This document shows, piece after piece, positions 55,313-64,000 of a stretch of DNA of 64,000 bases. The stretch's first letter is position 1. Each line of letters opens with the position of its first letter. Under the pieces are notes generated by a model that saw only the letters and a program-made list of their open reading frames with translations, made no database searches and was not told the origin of the DNA. The DNA comes from an uncultured Chloroflexia bacterium (lineage in GTDB: Bacteria > Chloroflexota > Limnocylindria > Limnocylindrales > CSP1-4). The stretch is from assembly GCA_963825995.1 (NCBI GenBank), contig CAWGVH010000006.1:584474-648473 (forward strand), written 5' to 3'. A program made the position numbers and the translations under genes.

Positions 55313-56307
55313 GCCGTGATCTCCGCGAGCCTCACGGGACGGTGCTCCGCTGCCGAGACCGTAAGAGCCTCAGCGATGCGCAGAGCCTCCACGCCGTCCT
55401 TGGCCGTGCAGGGGCTCGGGCGGGCACCGCGGGCGACATCCACGAAGGCGATGAGCTCGTCGCGATAGGCGTCGTCCCAGCGGTCCAGGAAGATGTGCCA
55501 GGGCGGGCCGGCTGGCGGTGGCACGCCGGGCTCCACCGAGCGCAGCGGCATCCGTGGGCCGAGACCCACGCTCACGCTGTCACGTGAGCCGAAGACCTCC
55601 GTGCGCACATCGTGACCCAAGGGGTCATGCCGTGTCCAGGTGAGCGCCACCGGGGTGCCATCATCGAGACGCATGACGGCCACGGCGTTGGCGAGATCGT
55701 CGTACTTCTCGTAGACAGGGAAGCCCTTGGCGGAGCCGATGACATAGACCTCCGCGACCTCACGTCCCGAGAGGAACCGCAGGATGTCGAGGTCGTGGAT
55801 GGAGAGGTCGCGGAACATGCCGCCCGAGGAGGCGATGAACTCCTCGGAGGCCGGCTCTGGGTCATGGCTGCGTAGCGAGAGGGCGTGGATGTCACCCATG
55901 GCCCCCGACTCGATGAGGCGCCTGGCCTCTACGTAGGCGGGATCGAAGCGTCGCTGGAAGCCAAGCTGGAAGGGTACGCCGGCAGCCTCGATGTCACGGC
56001 GAACGGCGATGGACTCGACGAGACTGGCCGCCAGTGGCTTCTCGCAGAAAGTCGGGATGCCGCGGCCGATGGCGGCCCTGATGAGGCCCGGATGGTCGTC
56101 CGTGGAGGCGCAGATGACAGCCGCGTCGGCTGCGACAAGCGCATCGTCGACGGACGATGCGACGCTGCCACCCAGCGCCTGCGCGGCGGCCGCGGCACGC
56201 TCAGGGACGACGTCCATGATCACCAGCTGGTCGACCGCGCCCGTCGTCAGCAACGTCCGTGCATGCAGGGGCCCGATGCGACCGGCGCCGAAGAGGGTGA
56301 CCCTCAC
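55309..56307 (-). CDS. iolG: Gfo/Idh/MocA oxidoreductase, probably inositol 2-dehydrogenase
   Basis: GAGRIG, CEKP, GFQRRFD, SGGMFRDLSIHD; iol context. Confidence 0.85.
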
Positions 56308-56519
56308 CCGCTCCACCTCCTTCTTTCGCCGGCAGCGAGGCGGGCGTGCGACCCGCTGGATCGGCCGGACACGAGTCGTTGGACTGGAACCACAGCATAC
56401 GGCGGGGCCACTCGTGGTGCATCGCCCTTCCGGCACCGACATCCGTGCCTGAAGACCCCTCCAGGTGACCGACGACTCCACCAGCAGAGGTCCGATGTGG
56501 CGCGACCGACAGAGCCGTC

Positions 56520-57578
56520 TCAGGCCGGGGTGCCGCCGGCCGGCGCGGTGGAGCCCCGGGTCACGAGCGCGACCGGCAGGCGCACGGTCCGGCCGGGCGT
56601 GCCGCCGACCTGGCCGGCGGTGGCTTCACGTCCCCGGTCGATGCGCTGCAGAAGACTGGCTACCGCCCAGTGGCCCATCTCGTCGGTCGCCTGGCGGATG
56701 GTCGTCAGCGGTGGGTCCACGTGGGCGGCCATCTCGATGTCGTCAAAGCCCACCACGCTGGCGTCAGCGGGCACCCGCAGGCCGAGGCTGCGGAGGCCGC
56801 GAATGGCACCGATGGCGGTCAGATCGTTGGAGCAGATGAGGGCGCTGATGGCGCTGTCCGCGCCCATGGCCATGACCGCTGCAAGGGCTCCGCCATCTAC
56901 GCCCGCGGCCGCCGGGACGATGATCAGGGCGCCGCGTGCCAGACCCTCCGCCCAGAGGGCCGAACGGACACCCTCGATGCGCTCGCGGACGGCCCGATCG
57001 TCTGCGGACGGCGCCGCCAGGTACGCAAGCCGCCGGTGCCCCAGGCCCAGCAGGTGCTCGGCTGCCACCCGCCCGCCGCTGGCATTATCGGAGAGCACCG
57101 CCGGCACGGCCGAGACCGTTGACTCGCTGTTGACGATGACGACCGGGCAGGGCACCTCACGGATGCGCACCTGGTGCCGCAGGGTGAGGGTCGTGCTGGC
57201 GATGATGAGGCCATCGACCTCACGCTCGGCGAGCACCTCGAGCGATTCGATCTCGCGCTCCGGATCGCGGCGGCCGTCCGCCAGAAGGACGGAGTAGCCG
57301 CGCTCGCGGGCGGCATCCTCGACGGCGCTCACGACCTGCGGAAAGTAGGGGTTTTCGATGTCCGTGACGATGAGGCCGATGGTGCGGGTGGTGCGGAGCC
57401 GCAGCGAGCGTGCCACGCCCGAGGGTCGGTAGCTGAGGGCTCGGGCGGCCTCCTCGACCCGCTGGCGCGTGGCCGGCTCCACATTGGCGTGCCCCCGCAG
57501 GGCGCGGCTGACCGTGGCGATGGAGACACCCGCACGGGCGGCGACATCCCGAACGGTGGCTGGTCTGCCTGCGCTCAT
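56520..57578 (-). CDS. LacI-family transcriptional regulator
   Basis: TVRDVAARAGVSIATVSRAL HTH; VVGFDDI, PPLTTIRQ. Confidence 0.95.
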   Translation of the reverse strand: MSAGRPATVRDVAARAGVSIATVSRALRGHANVEPATRQRVEEAARALSYRPSGVARSLRLRTTRTIGLIVTDIENPYFPQVVSAVEDAARERGYSVLLADGRRDPEREIESLEVLAEREVDGLIIASTTLTLRHQVRIREVPCPVVIVNSESTVSAVPAVLSDNASGGRVAAEHLLGLGHRRLAYLAAPSADDRAVRERIEGVRSALWAEGLARGALIIVPAAAGVDGGALAAVMAMGADSAISALICSNDLTAIGAIRGLRSLGLRVPADASVVGFDDIEMAAHVDPPLTTIRQATDEMGHWAVASLLQRIDRGREATAGQVGGTPGRTVRLPVALVTRGSTAPAGGTPA

Positions 57579-57738
57579 CCTCGTCGCTCGTCGCCCTGCG
57601 GGGCCGCCCCGGCTGGACGGACGGCCGAATCGATCTCGTGACGCCGTATCATGGTGACGCCCACCGGCTCGCGTCAAGTCGCCTGCGCCCGCGCGTCCCT
57701 GGCGCCGTCACGTGGCCTGCTGACAGGAGCGCTTCACC

Positions 57739-58596
57739 ATGCCGATCAGTCCGGGCGCGGCCCTCCATCGCCGTGCCGGGATCCCGGACCCGGAGAGCGG
57801 ACGTGTCCATGACATCCGGCCAGAGGATGCCGGCTGGAGCTACGTCGGCTTCGCCGAGCATCGGCTGGCAGCCGGTGCCGGGCTGGCCCGCCCGGCCGAC
57901 GACCGCGAGGTCGCCATCATCGTGCTGGAGGGCGCGGTCAGCGTGCGTGCCGGCCGGCAGCACTATCCCTCGTTGGGCAGCCGCGCCAGCGTCTTCGACG
58001 GGCCGCCACCTCCCGTGCTCCTGCTGGCCCCCGGCACGGACGTGGAGATCGTGGCCCAGACACAAGCCACCGTCGTGATCGCCGACGCGCCAGGCGCGGA
58101 CGAGCATCATGAGCGCCTCATCGAGGCCAGCGACATCCATGTCGAGACCCGTGGCCACGGAGTCACTGAGCGTCGCATCCACCACCTGCTGCCGCCCACG
58201 GCGCCGGCCGGCCGGCTCATCCTCTTCGAGGTCTTCACGCCCGGTGGCAACTGGTCGAGCTACCCACCTCACAAGCACGACACCGAGGACCCGCCTCGGG
58301 AGGCCTACCTCGAAGAGCTCTACTACTACCGCTTCGCCCGACCGGAGGGCTGGGCCTTCGCGCGCGTCTACACGGCCGACCGGACACTCGACGAGTCCTT
58401 CGCACCAGGTGACGGCGACGTCATCCTCGTGCCCCGCGGCTACCATCCCGTGGGCGCCCCGGCAGGCTACGATGCCTACTACCTCAACGTGATGGCTGGC
58501 CCCCATCGGGCGTGGCATTTCACCCTCGACAAGGACCACGCCTGGCTGATGGACTGGGATCCGGCGGTCCCCCGAGAGAACCACCTTCCGCGCTGA
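57739..58596 (+). CDS. iolB: 5-deoxy-glucuronate isomerase
   Basis: GNWSSYPPHKHD, LEELYYY, PRGYHP, YYLNVMAG. Confidence 0.95.
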   Translation: MPISPGAALHRRAGIPDPESGRVHDIRPEDAGWSYVGFAEHRLAAGAGLARPADDREVAIIVLEGAVSVRAGRQHYPSLGSRASVFDGPPPPVLLLAPGTDVEIVAQTQATVVIADAPGADEHHERLIEASDIHVETRGHGVTERRIHHLLPPTAPAGRLILFEVFTPGGNWSSYPPHKHDTEDPPREAYLEELYYYRFARPEGWAFARVYTADRTLDESFAPGDGDVILVPRGYHPVGAPAGYDAYYLNVMAGPHRAWHFTLDKDHAWLMDWDPAVPRENHLPR

Positions 58597-58618
58597 CACC
58601 ATCCACAAGGAGCGATCG

Positions 58619-59710
58619 ATGGCGACCACGATGACAGCCAGCCCCCTGCTGCGCACGGCGACTGACTTCCCGACTGACTACTGGAACGACTCCTGCAACG
58701 CAGCTGAGCTCACCTACGCCATCCAGAACGGCGCCGTGGGGGCCACCACCAACCCCACCATCGTGGGCTCGGTGATGAAGCAGGAGTACGACATCTGGGC
58801 GCCGCGCGTGCGCGAGATCGTGGCCGAGCATCTCGATTGGACGGACCTGCAGGTCACCTGGCAGGTCATCGAGGAGATGGCCATCCGGGGCTGGAAGATG
58901 CTGGAGCCCATCTACCAGCAGCACCACGGACAGAAGGGCCGCCTCTCCATCCAGATCGACCCGACCCTCAACCGCTCCCCGGAGAGGATGCTTGAGCAGG
59001 CGCGCCACTTCGATACGCTGGCGCCCAACGTGCAGATCAAGTTCCCGGCCACGGCGGCCGGCTTGGAGGCCATCGAGCGTTCCACCTACGAGGGAATGAA
59101 CATCAACGCCACCGTCTCCTTCACGGTATCGCAGGCGGTGGCCGTGGGAGCGGCCGTCGAGCGCGCCCTGGCGCGGCGCGAGGCCGAGGGCCATGACACT
59201 TCCTGGATGTCACCCATCTGCACGATCATGATCGGCCGCACGGACGACTGGGTGAAGAAGTCCTGCGATCGCGACGGCATCACCATCCATCCGGCGGCGG
59301 CGGATTGGGCCGGCATCGCCGTCTTCAAGCGCGCGGCCGCCATCTTCGAGGAGCGCGGCTACCGGGCGCGCCTGCTGGCGGCTGCCTATCGCCACCACCT
59401 CCACTGGTCGGAGCTCATCGGTGGTGATGTCTCCATGACGATCCCCGCCAACTGGCAGCGGCTGTTCAACGCCTCGGACGTGGAGGTCAGGGACCGCTGG
59501 CACGATCCCGTCCCGTCGGCCTACGTCGACGAGCTCATGGCGCGCGTCCCGGAGTTCGTCAAGGCCTACGAGCCCGATGCCCTGACGCCAGCCCAGTTCG
59601 ACACCTACGGCGCCACCATGCGGACGCTGCGAGCCTTCGTCTCGTCGTACTGGGAGCTGGTGGCCACCATCGACAACCTGCTCATCCCCAACCCGGACGT
59701 CAAGGCCTGA
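58619..59710 (+). CDS. Transaldolase-family protein
   Basis: YWNDS, GATTNPT, IKFPAT (Schiff-base Lys), INATVSF, MIGR. Confidence 0.9.
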   Translation: MATTMTASPLLRTATDFPTDYWNDSCNAAELTYAIQNGAVGATTNPTIVGSVMKQEYDIWAPRVREIVAEHLDWTDLQVTWQVIEEMAIRGWKMLEPIYQQHHGQKGRLSIQIDPTLNRSPERMLEQARHFDTLAPNVQIKFPATAAGLEAIERSTYEGMNINATVSFTVSQAVAVGAAVERALARREAEGHDTSWMSPICTIMIGRTDDWVKKSCDRDGITIHPAAADWAGIAVFKRAAAIFEERGYRARLLAAAYRHHLHWSELIGGDVSMTIPANWQRLFNASDVEVRDRWHDPVPSAYVDELMARVPEFVKAYEPDALTPAQFDTYGATMRTLRAFVSSYWELVATIDNLLIPNPDVKA

Positions 59711-59742
59711 ACGGACGCTGCGTCGAGAGAGGAGGGGTCCGG

Positions 59743-61614
59743 ATGCCACGCACCACCGTCGCCCAGGCCGTCGTGACCTGGCTGGCCAACCAGCACGTGG
59801 AACGCGACGGTCATCGCCAGCGCTTCTTCGAGGGCGTCTTTGGCATCTTCGGCCACGGCATCGTGGCCGGCATGGGTGAAGCGCTGGAAGCCGCCCAGGA
59901 CAGCGTGCGCTACTACCAGACGCGCAACGAGCAGGCCATGGTCCACACGGCCGCGGCCTTCGCCAAGCAGAGCCGCCGCCTGCGCACATTCGCCTGCACG
60001 ACGTCCATCGGCCCCGGCGCCACGAACCTCGTCACCGGAGCCGCCAACGCCACCGTCAATCGGCTCCCCGTCCTGCTGCTGCCCGGCGATCGCTTCGCGA
60101 CCCGGCGCGTGAAGCCCGTCCTTCAGCAGCTCGAGCGGCCGGAGGCGGGCGACCTGTCGGTCAACGATTGCCTGCGCCCGGTGTCGCGCTACTTCGATCG
60201 CATCGAGCGGCCGGAGATGCTCATCGACGCCCTGCCGGCGGCCATGCGCGTGCTGACCTCGCCGGCCGAGACCGGCGCCGTGACGCTGGCCTTGCCCCAG
60301 GACGTGCAGGCCGAGGCATGGGATTGGCCGGAGGAGCTCCTGGCGCCGCGTACCTGGGTCATCGCCCGACCACGGCCGGATGGCTCCCTGCTCGCGCGGG
60401 CCGCGGAGCGCATCGCCGCCTCGCAGCGCCCCATGATCGTGGCCGGCGGTGGCGTCATCTACAGCGACGCCAGCGCGGCGCTGGACGCCTTCGCCCGTCG
60501 CTTCGGGATCCCGGTCGCGGAGACCCAAGCCGGCAAGGGCGCGTTGCCCTGGGACCATCCCTTCCAGCTGGGGGCGCTGGGATCGGCGGGTGGCACGGCC
60601 GCCAACACCGTCGCTCGCGACGCCGACCTCGTGATCGCCGTCGGCACCCGGCTCTCCGACTTCCCGACCATGAGCTGGTCCTCGTGGCAGGATCCCGAGG
60701 TCGCCTTCGTGGCCATCAACGTGGCCGAGCTGGACGCCGCCAAGGCGGCAGCGCTGCCGCTGCACGGTGACGCCCGCGTCACCCTGGAGGAACTCCAGGA
60801 GGCCCTGGAGGCGCGCGACTGGCGCGGTGCCACGGCCGAGCGGCTGGCGCTCGTCGAGCGGCTGCGCAGCCAATGGAACACCGAAGTCGACCGGGTGCGC
60901 CACCTGTCGGCCGGCGAGCATGTCTCCCAGCCAGAGGTCATCCGCCTCGTCAACGAGGCGGCCGGCGAGGACGGCGTGGTCGTCTGCGCGGCTGGCGGGC
61001 TGCCCGGCGACATGCACAAGATCTGGCGCGCCAGCGGCCCCGACACCTATCACATGGAGTACGGCTTCTCGACGATGGGCTACGAGATCGCCGGAGGACT
61101 GGGCGTGGCCATGGCCGAGCCAGGTCGTCGCGTCTTCATCATGGTCGGCGATGGGTCGTACCTGATGCTTGCCAACGAGATCCTGACGGCCTGCCAGGAG
61201 CGCGTCTCGATGACGATCGTGCTCCTGGACAACCACGGGTACCGCTGCATCCGCAACCTGTCGGCCGCCTGCGGCGGGGACAACCCCTTCAACGACTTCC
61301 GCTTCCGTGAACCGTCGAGCGGCACGTTCACCGGCGAGGTCCTGCCCATCGACTTCGCCGCCAACGCCGCCAGCCTGGGCGCGCGCGTGTTGATGGCCAG
61401 CACCCCGGCCGAGCTGGAGGGTGCCCTCGCCACCGCGGAAGGCATGCAGGGTGGTCCCGTGGTCATCGTCGTCGAGGTCAACCCCGAGCCGTCGGTACCG
61501 GACTACGAGTCCTGGTGGGACGTGCCCGTGGCCGAGGTCTCGACGTCCGAACGCGTTCAGGCGGCGCGTCTCGCATACGAGGCCAACCTGGCCCGCGAAC
61601 GCTCCTTCGTCTAG
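59743..61614 (+). CDS. iolD: ThDP-dependent trihydroxycyclohexane-1,2-dione acylhydrolase
   Basis: IFGHG, RNEQAM, SIGPGATN, VLQQLE, EYGFSTMGYE, GDGSY, WWDVPV. Confidence 0.95.
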   Translation: MPRTTVAQAVVTWLANQHVERDGHRQRFFEGVFGIFGHGIVAGMGEALEAAQDSVRYYQTRNEQAMVHTAAAFAKQSRRLRTFACTTSIGPGATNLVTGAANATVNRLPVLLLPGDRFATRRVKPVLQQLERPEAGDLSVNDCLRPVSRYFDRIERPEMLIDALPAAMRVLTSPAETGAVTLALPQDVQAEAWDWPEELLAPRTWVIARPRPDGSLLARAAERIAASQRPMIVAGGGVIYSDASAALDAFARRFGIPVAETQAGKGALPWDHPFQLGALGSAGGTAANTVARDADLVIAVGTRLSDFPTMSWSSWQDPEVAFVAINVAELDAAKAAALPLHGDARVTLEELQEALEARDWRGATAERLALVERLRSQWNTEVDRVRHLSAGEHVSQPEVIRLVNEAAGEDGVVVCAAGGLPGDMHKIWRASGPDTYHMEYGFSTMGYEIAGGLGVAMAEPGRRVFIMVGDGSYLMLANEILTACQERVSMTIVLLDNHGYRCIRNLSAACGGDNPFNDFRFREPSSGTFTGEVLPIDFAANAASLGARVLMASTPAELEGALATAEGMQGGPVVIVVEVNPEPSVPDYESWWDVPVAEVSTSERVQAARLAYEANLARERSFV

Positions 61615-61665
61615 GCGTCCAGGGTGGCGCGGCGTCTCATCACAGCCAGGGAAGGGGGGTCTCTC

Positions 61666-62607
61666 ATGAGCGGCTCGAACGGTTCGGGCGGCGTCAAGGT
61701 CGCGGCAGCCCCGTGCTCGTGGGGGGTCTTCGAGAAGACCGAGGATGACCCCCTGCAGCTCCAGCCGCAGGAGATGCTGGACCAGATGGCGGCAGCGGGC
61801 TATGCCGGCACGGAGCTTGGACCGCCCGGCTACTTCGGCGACGCAGAGCAGCTCCGGTCACGCCTCGCCGCGCGTGGCCTCTCCCTTGTGGGGGCCTTCC
61901 TGCCTCAGCGCTTCAGCCGGGCCGAGCACGCCGCCGAGGATCGCGAGTGGATGATGGGCGTCCTCGACCTGCTTGCTGCCGGCCGCCCGGACGACGTCAT
62001 GCCCAAGGCCGTGCTGGCCGATGCCTCGGTCGAGCCGGAACGCATGCGCTGGGCGGGCCAGATCCCGACGCACCCTGAGGCCGCCCTTCCCAAGGAGCGC
62101 TTCGGGGTCCTCATCGACAACATGCATCGGGCCGGCGAGGCAGCCCGCGAGCGCGGCTTCGACCCCGTGTTGCACTTCCACGCCGGCAGCTACGTGGAGT
62201 CAGCGGCCGAGATCCACGCCGTCTTTGATGCCCTCGACACGTCGCTTGTGGGCATGTGCCTCGACACCGGACATGCCCTCTTCGGTGGCGCGGATCCGCT
62301 GGAGCTGCTGGACAGCTACTCGGGCTGCGTGCGCCACGTCCACGTCAAGGATTGCGACCGGACCGTCCTGGGCGAGGTCGCACGCTCGGGCGGCGGACTC
62401 ATGGAAGCTTGGGATCGCGGCGTCTTCTGCCAGCTGGGTCTCGGCACGGCCGGCCTGGATGGCTTCCTCGAGGGTCTCAAGGCCCGCGATTGGGAAGGTT
62501 GGGTCGTCATCGAGCAGGACCGCTTCCTGAAGCCGGCCGACACGCCGGAGGCGCTGCTGGCCCTGCACACGGCCAATCGCGCGTGGCTCGCAGAGCGGGG
62601 CTTCTGA
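61666..62607 (+). CDS. iolE: Myo-inosose-2 dehydratase-like TIM-barrel protein
   Basis: APCSWGV, GTELGP, HFHAGSYVE, LDTGH, HVHVKD, VIEQD; follows iolD. Confidence 0.8.
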   Translation: MSGSNGSGGVKVAAAPCSWGVFEKTEDDPLQLQPQEMLDQMAAAGYAGTELGPPGYFGDAEQLRSRLAARGLSLVGAFLPQRFSRAEHAAEDREWMMGVLDLLAAGRPDDVMPKAVLADASVEPERMRWAGQIPTHPEAALPKERFGVLIDNMHRAGEAARERGFDPVLHFHAGSYVESAAEIHAVFDALDTSLVGMCLDTGHALFGGADPLELLDSYSGCVRHVHVKDCDRTVLGEVARSGGGLMEAWDRGVFCQLGLGTAGLDGFLEGLKARDWEGWVVIEQDRFLKPADTPEALLALHTANRAWLAERGF

Positions 62608-62634
62608 GCTCGCGCTGAACGGCCGCCGGCAAGC

Positions 62635-62663
62635 CGAAGGCCCCGGTTGACCCGGGGCCTTCG
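62635..62663. terminator. Hairpin between convergent operons
   Basis: CGAAGGCCCCGG-ttgac-CCGGGGCCTTCG. Confidence 0.75.
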
Positions 62664-62722
62664 TGCGTTCGCGTGGTCCTGCCAGCGATCAGGGCGGCGC
62701 TGTCCGAGCGTCCAGCGTGTGC

Positions 62723-63685
62723 TCAGGAGTCGAGGCTGGCCAGAAAGTCAGCTGCGACGTCCTCGATGTCCACCTGGTCGATGGCGACGCGCACGCCCAT
62801 CTCGGTCAGGACCTCCGTCGTCAGCTGCTCGGAGATGGGGTCGAGGATCGCGGCGAGGGCATCACGGCCGCCATCCACCTGGGCCAGCAGGTCGTTGCGG
62901 ACCACGGGCACGAGATTACCCGGAGGTTGCGTCTTGAGGTCGTCCTCGAGCACGAGCCAGCCCTTCTCCGCGATGACCGGCTGGGTGGAGCAGAGCCAGG
63001 CGACGTCGATGGCGTTGCCCTCCAATGCGCCCGCCATCTCGGCGCCACATGGCGGCAGCAGCTCGAGCTGCGCGGGTGGCCAGGCGATGCCATAGGCCTC
63101 CTCGAGAGCCCCACGGCAGGGCGGGTTGGATTCGCAGCCGGGGGGCAGGCCGAAGCGCAGCTGACCTTGGACGGCGGCCAGGTCGCTCATAGCGGCGAGA
63201 CCGAGCTGCTCGGCGGTGTCGGGTCGCACGACCGCGGCGTTCGTGTCCTGGCCGGCGCTGACGCCCAGGACGCTGGCGTCGAGGCCCACCAGGCCCAGGA
63301 CCGTCTCCAGGCTGGCCGCGTCGGTCGCGGCGTCACCGCTCGTCTCGACAGCGGCCACCTCCGGAGAGGCGTCGGGGGCCTGCGTGTAGTACTCGAGGCC
63401 GAAGCCCACGTACTCGGGCATGAGGTTGATCTGACCCGACTCGAAGGCAGCCAGCCGGGCTGGGCGCTCGCCGATGTTCAGTCCGGCCCGGTCCACCGTG
63501 AAGCCATGGGCTTCCAGTGCCTGGGCCCAGATCTCCGCCACGACCGTGGGCTCGTAGAAATTGTCGGAGCCCACGACGATCGTGGGTTGCTCCTGGGCGC
63601 TCACGATGCTCCCACCCATCGACCCGACGATCGCGAGCGACGCCAGGATGGATGCCCCGAGAGCTAGCCTGCGGCTGTTCCGCAT
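62723..63685 (-). CDS. Osmoprotectant (glycine betaine/choline) ABC substrate-binding protein
   Basis: Signal peptide; IVVGSDNFYE, MPEYVG, LEDD...P..N.VPVVR; AAGGAGG RBS. Confidence 0.88.
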   Translation of the reverse strand: MRNSRRLALGASILASLAIVGSMGGSIVSAQEQPTIVVGSDNFYEPTVVAEIWAQALEAHGFTVDRAGLNIGERPARLAAFESGQINLMPEYVGFGLEYYTQAPDASPEVAAVETSGDAATDAASLETVLGLVGLDASVLGVSAGQDTNAAVVRPDTAEQLGLAAMSDLAAVQGQLRFGLPPGCESNPPCRGALEEAYGIAWPPAQLELLPPCGAEMAGALEGNAIDVAWLCSTQPVIAEKGWLVLEDDLKTQPPGNLVPVVRNDLLAQVDGGRDALAAILDPISEQLTTEVLTEMGVRVAIDQVDIEDVAADFLASLDS

Positions 63686-63792
63686 GGGTAACCTCCTTGA
63701 CCTTGGTTGACCGGCACCTTCTGGGCGACTGCGGTCGCGGTAAGGCTACCGTTCCATCCAAAACGGCGCCGCCACTTCTCCCGGGGACGTGC

Positions 63793-64000
63793 TCAGATGC
63801 CCGGCAGCGCTCCCGCCTGCCCATCCGTCGCGAGGCGCACGCCGCGTGGCGTGAGCCGCCGTTGCAGCCAGCCGAGAGCCACGTCCGTCCCGATGGCCAG
63901 CGATGCGACCAGGAGCACCCCGCCGTAGAGCATGCCGTCGTCACGTCGTGCGACGCCGTCGATGATGAAGCGCCCGATGCCGCCGCCGGCCAGGTAGGCC
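63793..64000 (-). CDS. Osmoprotectant ABC permease, C-terminal part
   Basis: AYLAGGGIGRFIIDG...GGVLLVASLAIGTDVALGWLQRRLTP. Confidence 0.8.
   Translation of the reverse strand, partial: AYLAGGGIGRFIIDGVARRDDGMLYGGVLLVASLAIGTDVALGWLQRRLTPRGVRLATDGQAGALPGI

Overview
High-GC (roughly 70%) bacterial chromosomal window made mostly of housekeeping genes. Gene content and style suggest a Chloroflexota, possibly Limnocylindria-like, genome; this is an inference. In order it holds: an OmpR-family two-component pair, two MBL hydrolases, a GNAT, rsgA, a class II aldolase, mrp/apbC, a cinA-like gene, CIRCE-controlled groEL without groES, tRNA-Leu-tig-clpP-clpX, valS, a zinc-ribbon/HTH/YihY operon, a large zinc-finger protein with a 54-bp tandem repeat, MoxR-DUF58-transglutaminase, a serine-biosynthesis operon, rarA, one complete IS3-family element, a UvrD-nuclease fusion, a REC-MinD/CpaE-like gene, murI, a ychF-like gene, a myo-inositol uptake/catabolism cluster and the end of an osmoprotectant ABC operon. 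About eight single-base frameshifts look like long-read assembly errors. I found no CRISPR array, prophage or recognisable defence island. The best novelty candidates are a Val-rich leader peptide with an alternative anti-SD pairing upstream of valS, an iol operon carrying a transaldolase but no iolC/iolJ, the zinc-ribbon/BldC-like cluster, and widespread leaderless promoters. All product calls come from motif recognition, not database searches.
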